Source: Sulfurimonadaceae bacterium (lineage in GTDB: Bacteria > Campylobacterota > Campylobacteria > Campylobacterales > Sulfurimonadaceae). Taken from it: a stretch of DNA of 12,468 bases. The notes beneath the pieces are model-generated. The model was not told the DNA's origin. It worked only from the letters and a program-made list of their open reading frames with translations, and made no database searches. Shown here piece by piece: positions 1 through 7,454 of this stretch (within the stretch, counting starts at the first letter, position 1; every line of letters begins with the position of its first letter). Made by a program: the position numbers and the translations under genes. The stretch covers positions 1 through 12,468 of the forward strand of contig JBFESZ010000061.1 of assembly GCA_041548245.1 (NCBI GenBank), read 5' to 3'.

Positions 1-72
1 TATATCTCTATCCGCTATCCGGAAGGGAATCCTTTTGGCGTGCGTTTCGAGCCTTGGCATATCAAGGTATAG
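1..72 (+). CDS. 3' end (partial) of an M15-family metallopeptidase, VanY-like D-Ala-D-Ala carboxypeptidase
   Basis: Not in the ORF track. Frame +1 translates YISIRYPEGNPFGVRFEPWHIKV*, with TAG at 70-72. RYP...EPWH is the characteristic C-terminal motif of VanY/M15B peptidases. Only 23 residues are visible. Confidence 0.75.
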   Translation, partial: YISIRYPEGNPFGVRFEPWHIKV

Positions 73-867
73 TTATCGGTTTTTGTGTTTTTTGTTCTCA
101 TACATAAGGTTGTCTGCCATCTCAAGGACTTCTCTAAAGTTTGATCCTGCATTAAAACGCGCAATTCCAAATGAAAATGCGAGATAAAGGAGTTCCCCAT
201 TGGAAGCTTTTAATTTTTTACTTAAGAGCTCTTCTTGCAGCTTCTTAAACTTCATATAGACCTCTTCCATCTGTTCTGTGTGTGAGACGATAACAAATTC
301 ATCACCGGCATAGCGTATCACATCCATTTCATTTAAATTCACCTTGAAAAAAGTAGCCATATACTGAAGCACTTTGTCACCTATGACGTGCCCATGATGG
401 TCATTGATAGATTTGAATTTATCAAGGTCTATAAAGATGAGTATTCCATCGTATATAAAATCACCATCATGAATAAGGTTTTCGGCAAGCCATTTTCTGT
501 TATGTGTATTGGTAAGCGTGTCTGTGTAAAGCTGAGATTTTATTTCGTCGACCTCGGTTTTGAGCTTTTTTATTTCGGAAGTGACAATACTGAGTTTGTC
601 CAGGTCTTGGTTTTGTATTGCTTCATGGGCATCCTGGGCGGTTTTATGTAAGTTTTCGAGATTACAATACGCTTTATGTGCCACTTCATTCGCTTCATTA
701 AGACGCATTTGGGCTGATTCGTTAATCATGCTTTCATAATCGAGATCGATCTGCATTTCCCTGGCATTGTTCTCAAAATGCTCCTTGTAGGTTGAAGGCA
801 ATATGACCTCGTTTTTAATGACTTCTTTTAAAACTCTGTCTGTAAGCTCGATTAATTTGTTTGACAT
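73..867 (-). CDS. Soluble GGDEF-domain protein (probable diguanylate cyclase) with helical/coiled-coil N-terminus
   Basis: 264 aa. Motifs TDTLTNTHNR, FIDLDKFKSINDHHGHVIGDKVL, RYAGDEF and ADNLMYENK. No hydrophobic TM segment. Purine-rich RBS AAGGGG upstream of ATG. Confidence 0.92.
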   Translation of the reverse strand: MSNKLIELTDRVLKEVIKNEVILPSTYKEHFENNAREMQIDLDYESMINESAQMRLNEANEVAHKAYCNLENLHKTAQDAHEAIQNQDLDKLSIVTSEIKKLKTEVDEIKSQLYTDTLTNTHNRKWLAENLIHDGDFIYDGILIFIDLDKFKSINDHHGHVIGDKVLQYMATFFKVNLNEMDVIRYAGDEFVIVSHTEQMEEVYMKFKKLQEELLSKKLKASNGELLYLAFSFGIARFNAGSNFREVLEMADNLMYENKKHKNR

Positions 868-897
868 AGATACCGCCCCTTTTATAAGGTAAACACT

Positions 898-960
898 ATT
901 ATAAATAGTTATGGCAAATGTATTCTTATAATTTTTATTGATACATCAAAAAACATTATA
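898..960 (-). promoter_or_regulatory. Candidate sigma70-type -10 boxes for the GGDEF gene
   Basis: TATAAT on the minus strand at 898-903 and 955-960. The latter reads GGT-TATAAT, fitting the gnTAnAAT pattern of Campylobacterota. The spacer is very AT-rich, so chance matches are possible. Confidence 0.4.
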
Positions 961-980
961 ACCAAAGATATTAACAATAG

Positions 981-2114
981 TTAGCGGATGTTGAGATAAT
1001 GTTTAAGTGATATGTCTGTTTGGGCTTTTGAAGCCTCAAGAAAAGAGGAGGCGCTTGCATAGACTTTTTGAAAATCACTGTTCTTTTCACTCTGAACCGC
1101 AATGACATTATTAAGTCCCTGTTTCGCTGCCATTATGACATCATCAGGAAAATCTCTCAACTGGACATCAAGTTCTTTAAGTGTTTTAAGTGCATGCATG
1201 TTCTGAACATGGAAGTCGTACAGCATTTTAGAGTTAAGCTCTTCCGTAGCCATTTCAATGATACTCTGGTGCTCCTGTGAAAGTTTCATCCAGCTTTGAT
1301 GGTTAAAGGTCAATTCAAGTATGCTTCCTGGCTCATGCCAACCGGAGTAATAGTAAGGAGCAACCTTGTAAAAGCCCATTTTTAGATCCAATGCAGGTCC
1401 AACCCATTCCGTAGCATCGATAACACCGCGTTCCAGAGCGGTATATATCTCACCGGCAGGCAGCAGAATAGGGTTGACACCCATAGTTGAGAAAACTTCG
1501 CCTCCAAGTCCGGGGACACGCATTTTAAGCCCTTGAAGATCTTCTAAGCAATTTATCTCTTTTCTGAACCATCCGCCCATTTGTATATTGGTGTTGCCCC
1601 CGAGAAAGGGATAAAGATTATATTTTGCATACATCTCTCGCCATAGTTGATAACCGCCACCGTAATGCATCCATGAGTTTATTTCCTGAGCAGTCATACC
1701 AAAAGGCATACCGCTGAAGAGTGAAAAAGCGGAGTTCTTGCCCTTCCAATAATATGGCCCGGAATGAAAGATGTCAATTTCTCCACTACTTGCAGCATCA
1801 AACACGGCAAGAGCCGGGATAAGTGTGTTTTTAGGATACAGTTTAATTTCGATACTATTGCCGCTTGCAGTATTAACGCGCTTTACAAACTCCTCAACGC
1901 CTGTTCCCATAATGGGAAAATGTGCAGGCCAACTTGTCGCTAGTTTTAGTTTTGTCTTTTTGTTTTTGTTGACATTGACAGAGCGCTCTTTTGCCAACTT
2001 CTTCTCTTTGACTTTGTCATAATCGATGGCTTGACGGTTGCTTTCGTTACAACCAGCAACAATAGAGCCGGCCGCGATGGTCGCACTGGTTTTAATAAAA
2101 TCTCTTCGCTTCAT
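981..2114 (-). CDS. TRAP transporter solute-binding protein (DctP/TakP-like), predicted Tat-exported lipoprotein
   Basis: 377 aa. Tat motif KRRDFIK and lipobox VAG-C22. TakP-type motifs LKLATSWP, YYWKGK, GNTNIQMGGWFRKEI, KMRVPGLGG, YTALERGVIDATEWVGP and WHEPG. RBS AGGA 6 nt before ATG. Confidence 0.92.
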   Translation of the reverse strand: MKRRDFIKTSATIAAGSIVAGCNESNRQAIDYDKVKEKKLAKERSVNVNKNKKTKLKLATSWPAHFPIMGTGVEEFVKRVNTASGNSIEIKLYPKNTLIPALAVFDAASSGEIDIFHSGPYYWKGKNSAFSLFSGMPFGMTAQEINSWMHYGGGYQLWREMYAKYNLYPFLGGNTNIQMGGWFRKEINCLEDLQGLKMRVPGLGGEVFSTMGVNPILLPAGEIYTALERGVIDATEWVGPALDLKMGFYKVAPYYYSGWHEPGSILELTFNHQSWMKLSQEHQSIIEMATEELNSKMLYDFHVQNMHALKTLKELDVQLRDFPDDVIMAAKQGLNNVIAVQSEKNSDFQKVYASASSFLEASKAQTDISLKHYLNIR

Positions 2115-2122
2115 AAAAGTTC

Positions 2123-3127
2123 CTAAAATAGACTTGGTTGACTCTTCTTGACATCAAAGACATCACTGTTGAGGATATCAGCACTTTGCTCTGCGATTAG
2201 CGCGAAGTGATAATACTCGCTTTTAAGCAGACGCATAATATCCCAAAGTGAATCGTAATGGAAGACGTTTCCATTCTCAAGCAGTGTATCTCGTTTTTCA
2301 GATGGGATTATATAGATAATCTTTGCCCAGTTTGCCTGCAGCTTTAAAAAACCTATCTGTTCTCTGATCAGATCGAAGTCAGGTTCAAATATCAGTACCT
2401 TATCACTCTTGCCAAACTCTTAGACTTGAAAGTTAATGTTGGTAAATACCGGTTTAAAATGTTCTATTGGATTAAAGTCTTTAAGTCTGTATTTTATGTC
2501 ATGTTGTTTAAGAAACTGCAGTATCATTTCCAGATAAGGCATAAAAAACGGGGAAAGCAGTTGTCTCTCATAATAGATATCATCATAAATAAAAGAGGTC
2601 TCAAAAAGCGTTTGTTCAACGATGTTGATCGATGAGTTCTGAATCTTCCCAATGGGCTTGTCATCGACAAACAAAGCGGGATCAATCAGCTTGGGAGAAT
2701 AGAGTATATATTGTTTCTCTTGTAGGCGCCAAAGCTCCTGGATGTGGTTTTGTATCGGTTTATCAAGGACAAGCAGTTCATTGGATGTCATGATCTGTGC
2801 TGCAAGTTTTAAAGCGATTTGATCACATGAGAATACCTGTGGGGATTTTTCCATAATATGAAAACGCAAGAGGCGAAGCAGGGCATTCTCTATAGATGCG
2901 ACTTTAATCCAGGCAATTTCCTGATCGGTTATCTGAGTCGGTTTTTCAAAGAGAATCCCATACGCGCCATTGATGACTGCCTGTTCGATATCATCATGTT
3001 TAAGGGCAACAAAAAGGTCTCCTCGTCTTACCTTTGATACCTCGAAACTGACATCCTCAAAAGCTGTGATACTAGGAGAATTGGTCAGTTTTCCTTCGAC
3101 CAAAGCGGTTAGGTTTTGAAGGTTCAT
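2123..3127 (-). pseudogene. Conserved Campylobacterota protein with Mur-ligase-like N-terminal domain, interrupted by one in-frame TAA (2420-2422); nonsense allele or sequencing error
   Basis: The track ORF stops after 235 aa at NFQV*, but the same frame stays open for 98 more codons (EFGKSDKVLIFEPDFDLIREQIGFLKLQANWAKIIYIIP...DVKKSQPSLF) to TAG at 2123-2125, 8 nt before the next start codon. The N-terminus (LTALVEGKL...VSKVRRGDLFVAL...AVINGAYGILFE) resembles the MurE/MurF N-domain. ATGA overlap with metG. Confidence 0.8.
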
Positions 3128-5064
3128 CCTACCGAGCTGCCAACTTTACGTTGACTTTCAGGACGCATAAGCGAGAGTCCCTCGTCGTCTTTTGCAGCCA
3201 ATAGCATACCCTCTGAAAGCATACCCATCAATTTTGCCGGTTTTAGATTTGCTACTACACACACCTGCGTATTGATCAATGATTCGGCTGAATAGAACTC
3301 TCTAATACCTGCAACGACTTGTCGAGGTTTTTCTTCACCGACATCAACTTGAAGTTTAAGAAGCTTTTTACTTTTTGGAACCTCTTCGGCTTCAACAACG
3401 GTTCCGATTTTCAGCGAAGTCTGGAAGAACTGATCAATTGTTATCAGGTTGTCTTCCTCTGTTTTTTCTACCTCTTTTTCCTGCTCGTGTAGCTTTGACT
3501 CTGGCTCTGAAGCTGGAGCCTGCTCCATCAGCGGTTCCTCAATTCTTGGGAAAAGCGGTGGTACTTTTTCTATGACGAATGGTTCAAGCAATTTTTTTCC
3601 AAGGATAAAATCATTATAACTTTGTGTATTGATCTCAAAACCAAGTGCACCAGAAATTGTATTGGTCGTATCTGGCATGACACAATTGAGCATGATTGAA
3701 GCCTTTGCCAAGATGTTTGCGACCAATGCAACAGTAGCAAGTGCCTCATCTTGCTTTCCATCTTTCATCTTAACCCACGGTGCATGCTCTTCTATAGCTT
3801 TATTACCGATTGCAAAAAGTTTCCACAACTCTTCTAGATAACGATGAGTTTGAAGTTCATCAAGAAACTTTTCCAGGTTGTCTAACACGACATTCATTTC
3901 AGAGAGCTCTTTCTCGTGAAACTTTTGTACATCTTGACTGTCAATATTGTAATCAGAGTATTTTCCGCTCATTCCAATGATACGGTTTAATAAGTTGCCT
4001 AAGTCATTACTTAGATCAGAATTGATTCTATCGATAAACGCACGCTGGGAAAAGTCACCGTCTTGACCAAAAGGAACCTCACGCAACATGAAGTAACGCA
4101 AGTTTTCTACTCCGTAAGCATCAGCAACTTCTTTCGGATGTACTACATTACCTTTTGATTTAGACATCTTCTCACCATCACGTGTCCACCAGCCATGCGC
4201 ACCGATGTGTTTAGGCAATGGAAGATCAAGGCTCATTAAAAATGCAGGCCAATAGATGGCATGGAAACGCAATATGTCTTTACCGACCATGTGGATGTCT
4301 GCCGGCCAAAAATCCATATTTTTTTCATCTTTACCGTAGCCAAGTGCTGTTACATAGTTAAGCAGGGCATCAAGCCAGACATACATGACATGCTTGTTAT
4401 CATTAAACTCTTCAGGGAGTTTAACACCCCAGTTGAATGTCGTACGCGTGATTGAAAGGTCGTTAAGGCCGCCTTTTACAAAGTTGATCACTTCATTTCT
4501 ACGTGATTTAGGCAAGATGAAATCAATATTATCATCATAATGTTTGAGCAGTTTGTCCTCATAGGCTGACAGCTTGAAAAAATAGCTCTCTTCTTTTACA
4601 ATGTTTGTCGGCTTGCCGCAGTCGGGACAGAACTCGCCATCAATCAGTTGTGTTTCAGGAAAAAAGGTCTCGCATGATATACAGTAATGACCTTCATAGT
4701 TTCCCTTGTAGATGTCGCCATTGTCATACATTTTCTTAAATGCTTGTTGTACACCTGCTTTGTGATCTTCATCTGTTGTTCTGATGAAATAGTCGTAAGA
4801 GATATTAAATTCGTCCCAGAGGTCTCTAAAGGTCTTGGAGATCTCATCAGCAAATACTTGGGTCGGCTTGTTGAACTTAAGTGCAGACTCCTCAATCTTC
4901 TGTCCATGCTCATCCGTACCTGTTAGAAAAAATGTCTTGATTCCTTTTAGTCTTGAATGACGTGCAACTGAATCAGCGATAAAGGTCGTATACGCATGGC
5001 CTATGTGCGCTTCGCCGTTAACATAATAGATAGGTGTTGTAATATAGTTTTTAGTTGTTGACAT
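3124..5064 (-). CDS. metG: Methionine--tRNA ligase with C-terminal tRNA-binding (Trbp111/EMAP-like) domain
   Basis: 646 aa. YITTPIYYVN, HIGH, TGTDEHGQKI, zinc knuckle CISC...CPDC, YVWLDAL, GKDILRFHAIYWP and KMSKS. C-terminal ANLKPAKLMGMLSEGMLL. Confidence 0.99.
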   Translation of the reverse strand: MSTTKNYITTPIYYVNGEAHIGHAYTTFIADSVARHSRLKGIKTFFLTGTDEHGQKIEESALKFNKPTQVFADEISKTFRDLWDEFNISYDYFIRTTDEDHKAGVQQAFKKMYDNGDIYKGNYEGHYCISCETFFPETQLIDGEFCPDCGKPTNIVKEESYFFKLSAYEDKLLKHYDDNIDFILPKSRRNEVINFVKGGLNDLSITRTTFNWGVKLPEEFNDNKHVMYVWLDALLNYVTALGYGKDEKNMDFWPADIHMVGKDILRFHAIYWPAFLMSLDLPLPKHIGAHGWWTRDGEKMSKSKGNVVHPKEVADAYGVENLRYFMLREVPFGQDGDFSQRAFIDRINSDLSNDLGNLLNRIIGMSGKYSDYNIDSQDVQKFHEKELSEMNVVLDNLEKFLDELQTHRYLEELWKLFAIGNKAIEEHAPWVKMKDGKQDEALATVALVANILAKASIMLNCVMPDTTNTISGALGFEINTQSYNDFILGKKLLEPFVIEKVPPLFPRIEEPLMEQAPASEPESKLHEQEKEVEKTEEDNLITIDQFFQTSLKIGTVVEAEEVPKSKKLLKLQVDVGEEKPRQVVAGIREFYSAESLINTQVCVVANLKPAKLMGMLSEGMLLAAKDDEGLSLMRPESQRKVGSSVG

Positions 5065-5078
5065 GTTTTCCCTTGTTC

Positions 5079-5270
5079 TTAAAATTCAAATCCGCCGATT
5101 TCACCTTTGGACATACTCTCGTAGGTGACTTGGACATATTGTTTACGTAACTCACAGCCGATCAACCGTTCACATTTCATGCATGAGTTGTATCCCTTGT
5201 TTTGCTGACACTGCTGTAGCTCTTGTATCATCTGCGTCAAACGCTCTTCAAACGGGTTAGACTCGTTCAT
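5079..5270 (-). CDS. Small four-cysteine hypothetical protein (CX8CX2CX5C)
   Basis: 63 aa. Fills the fbp-metG gap on the operon strand, overlaps the fbp end by 14 nt, and ends in GGFEF. I recall a similar small gene at this position in C. jejuni. Confidence 0.85.
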   Translation of the reverse strand: MNESNPFEERLTQMIQELQQCQQNKGYNSCMKCERLIGCELRKQYVQVTYESMSKGEIGGFEF

Positions 5271-6099
5271 ACGTCGACTTCACTCTTTCGATCTCATAGT
5301 TCGAGCCAAAGAAACACGGGCTGGTGCCGTGTACATGTTCAGGGATTTGTGAGAGCACACGCTGCTTACCGTCAATGGCACCACCTCCGGCATATTCAAA
5401 TATCAGCGCAAACGGGAAGACCTCAAAGACCTGACGCAGTTTTCCCTCAGGTCGATCCGAAGTACCGGGATATGAGAATAGTCCACCGCCTTTAAGAAGG
5501 ATCTGGTGTAAGTCAGGAACCATCCCGCCCGAGTATCGGAGTCTATAGCCCTCCTGGAATAGACCATCAACCATCGCCTTATGATAGGGCTCCCAGTTTT
5601 GTTGGGTCCCGCCAGGCGCATTAAGCTTACCTTTTTCCTCAAGGTGAATCTCTTTAACATACTCAAACTCACCAGCTTGAAGCAGATAGAGTTTTACTTT
5701 GCCTTCATAAGCAAATACAAGCTCTACGCGTGGTCCGTAGACAACATAACATGAAGCAACCATATTTGCACCGGTAAAATCTTTTTCATATATTCCAAAA
5801 ATAGAGCCGACACTTAAATTAACATCAACTAAAGAAGACCCGTCAAGTGGATCAAAACCTATAAGATATTTGCCATTTTCATTGACAAGCATGGCTTCAT
5901 CTTTTTCCTCGGAAGCAAGCGTATGTACAGACTCGACATGACTAAGCTCTTCTTCAATAATCAAATCACACTGGATATCAAGTTGCAATTGTGTTTCACC
6001 GGAACTGTTTTGTTCTTGTGAATAACCGATATCTTTAACATCGATAGCTTTTTTAATTCGAATAGCAGACTTCTGAATAGCTTCTAAAATTTTTTCCAT
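5257..6099 (-). CDS. fbp: Class 1 fructose-1,6-bisphosphatase
   Basis: 280 aa. Motifs [47 protein letters not shown] and GKLRQVFE. Confidence 0.98.
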   Translation of the reverse strand: MEKILEAIQKSAIRIKKAIDVKDIGYSQEQNSSGETQLQLDIQCDLIIEEELSHVESVHTLASEEKDEAMLVNENGKYLIGFDPLDGSSLVDVNLSVGSIFGIYEKDFTGANMVASCYVVYGPRVELVFAYEGKVKLYLLQAGEFEYVKEIHLEEKGKLNAPGGTQQNWEPYHKAMVDGLFQEGYRLRYSGGMVPDLHQILLKGGGLFSYPGTSDRPEGKLRQVFEVFPFALIFEYAGGGAIDGKQRVLSQIPEHVHGTSPCFFGSNYEIERVKSTYERV

Positions 6100-6101
6100 C
6101 T

Positions 6102-6602
6102 TTATACTTCCTTGGCGTTATTTGAGATCCAGTCTATGACTTGATCGATATTGTTAAGATCGAGTACATCAATGCCCTGCGGAACGTTCTCGTTTTTTAA
6201 ATCAATCGTATTATCAATTGCTAAAGCATCCATGCAGTGATAATAATCTTCATCGATACGGTTTCTGAATATACTAATTCGAGGAAGAGGAAGGGTTTTC
6301 AGTCCCTCTACCAGTAGATAATCAAAGTCACCAAACATATCAATGATCTGCTCCAGATCTTTATGCCGTTTTGAAAAATAAGTGGTTCTCGTTGGAGAAG
6401 TGACAATAACTTCAGCCCCGGTCTGAGAAAATTTATCGCTATCCTTTCCCGGAGTGTCAAACTGACCTTTGTCCTTTGGATCGTTTTTGACTATAGAGAC
6501 TTTTTTACCACTTTGCATCAAAGTAGTCGCAACTTTGGTTATCAGTGTTGTCTTACCGCTGTTAGAGGGGCCTGTAAATGCAACAGCTAGCCTTTTTTTC
6601 AC
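6102..6602 (-). CDS. mobB: Molybdopterin-guanine dinucleotide biosynthesis protein B
   Basis: 166 aa. GTG start with AAGG RBS 9 nt upstream. Walker [18 protein letters not shown] and DYLLVEGLK. Confidence 0.93.
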   Translation of the reverse strand: MKKRLAVAFTGPSNSGKTTLITKVATTLMQSGKKVSIVKNDPKDKGQFDTPGKDSDKFSQTGAEVIVTSPTRTTYFSKRHKDLEQIIDMFGDFDYLLVEGLKTLPLPRISIFRNRIDEDYYHCMDALAIDNTIDLKNENVPQGIDVLDLNNIDQVIDWISNNAKEV

Positions 6603-6631
6603 GCAGTCATGCCTTTATATTAGTTGAAGAA

Positions 6632-6637
6632 ATTATA
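6632..6637 (-). promoter_or_regulatory. Candidate -10 box for the mobB-fbp-metG operon
   Basis: Minus strand reads GA-TATAAT (gnTAnAAT) about 30 nt upstream of the mobB GTG, with T-rich sequence further upstream. Confidence 0.55.
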
Positions 6638-6686
6638 TCTAATAAAACTTATAAAAACTCAAAGCAGTATTGTATCTACACTTATG

Positions 6687-6692
6687 TATAAT
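6687..6692 (+). promoter_or_regulatory. Candidate -10 box for the divergent lipoprotein gene
   Basis: TATAAT ends 26 nt before the ATG at 6719. RBS AGGA at 6709-6712. Confidence 0.5.
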
Positions 6693-6718
6693 AACATGAC
6701 ACAAACACAGGAAAAGTA

Positions 6719-7321
6719 ATGAATAAACTTTTAGTTTTAGCCGCATTGGGTTCGTCTTTGATGCTTGGCGGATGTAGTAAAACAACGGCATTTGACTTCT
6801 TTTCGTCTGATACCTATTATGAAAAGGCCGTTTCCAACATGCAAAAAGTCTCTTTAATGAGAGATATGGAGACCAAGGCACTGTTGCATGCTGTTTATCT
6901 TAATAATGTCGATCCGCACATCTACTCAGGTGACGAGTATTTCTATGTTGCCATACACATCATCGAAGATGCCTATGATCCAAAAAGACATGGACTTAAA
7001 AACTTGGACTATCGTCTTAGAATGGTAAAAAAAGGTAAGACCCAAGAGGATCAGGATATTGTTAAAATGCCTGGTTACAACGGTGAAGCAAAAGACGAAG
7101 ATACTGTTAGTGCGAAAGATAACATTATGTACATGGACCCGATAGAGGCGACAGAACTTGATGAAGAGCATAAGCTTCGACGTACAATGCCCATAAGACA
7201 ACAGTGGAACCACTATTACATTGTCCGTTTTAATGAAGTCAACGCTTCCGAACTGACACTATCGTTTGAAAATGATCAGTACGGGAAGGTGCCCCTAAAA
7301 TTTCAGAAAGAGAAAAGATAG
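6719..7321 (+). CDS. Lipoprotein of unknown function
   Basis: 200 aa. Signal peptide with lipobox LGG-C19 and AGGA RBS. Same position (divergent from mobB) as the lipoprotein I recall in C. jejuni. Confidence 0.88.
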   Translation: MNKLLVLAALGSSLMLGGCSKTTAFDFFSSDTYYEKAVSNMQKVSLMRDMETKALLHAVYLNNVDPHIYSGDEYFYVAIHIIEDAYDPKRHGLKNLDYRLRMVKKGKTQEDQDIVKMPGYNGEAKDEDTVSAKDNIMYMDPIEATELDEEHKLRRTMPIRQQWNHYYIVRFNEVNASELTLSFENDQYGKVPLKFQKEKR

Positions 7322-7408
7322 TATCAGCTACCAAAAGATGCATACTATTGCCTCTGTTTCGCTCTACTAAAATATTTTACTTTTTATTCTTTTTTTACTA
7401 TACTTGTC

Positions 7409-7414
7409 TATAAT
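7409..7414 (+). promoter_or_regulatory. Candidate -10 box for the SBP/GGDEF-EAL pair
   Basis: TATAAT 40 nt before the ATG at 7455, preceded by T-tracts (7376-7396) typical of Campylobacterota promoters. Confidence 0.45.
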
Positions 7415-7454
7415 ATATGATAAAACCATATTACTGCAAACGAGGTTTACAAAA

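Noticed and set aside
19-68. Two small hairpins (19-38 and 51-68) suggesting a terminator or structured RNA
   Set aside because: They lie inside the M15 peptidase coding end, rely on several G-U pairs, lack a U-tract and match no riboswitch I recognise.
938-949. FNR-box-like TTGAT/ATCAA
   Set aside because: The spacer is 2 nt, whereas FNR boxes need TTGAT-N4-ATCAA. Kept only as a generic palindrome.
2420-2422. Programmed recoding (selenocysteine, pyrrolysine or alternative genetic code) at the internal stop
   Set aside because: The codon is TAA, not TGA or TAG, and TAA ends several neighbouring genes at their expected lengths.
6599-6610. Mini-ORF ATG-ACT-GCG-TGA overlapping the mobB GTG start (possible leader peptide)
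   Set aside because: The AAGG RBS is 1 nt from this ATG but 9 nt from the GTG, so it fits mobB. A 3-codon ORF is expected by chance.
7404-7454. TTG start given by the ORF track for the SBP
   Set aside because: It has no RBS, overlaps the candidate -10 box, and would bury the signal peptide. ATG 7455 has a GAGG RBS.
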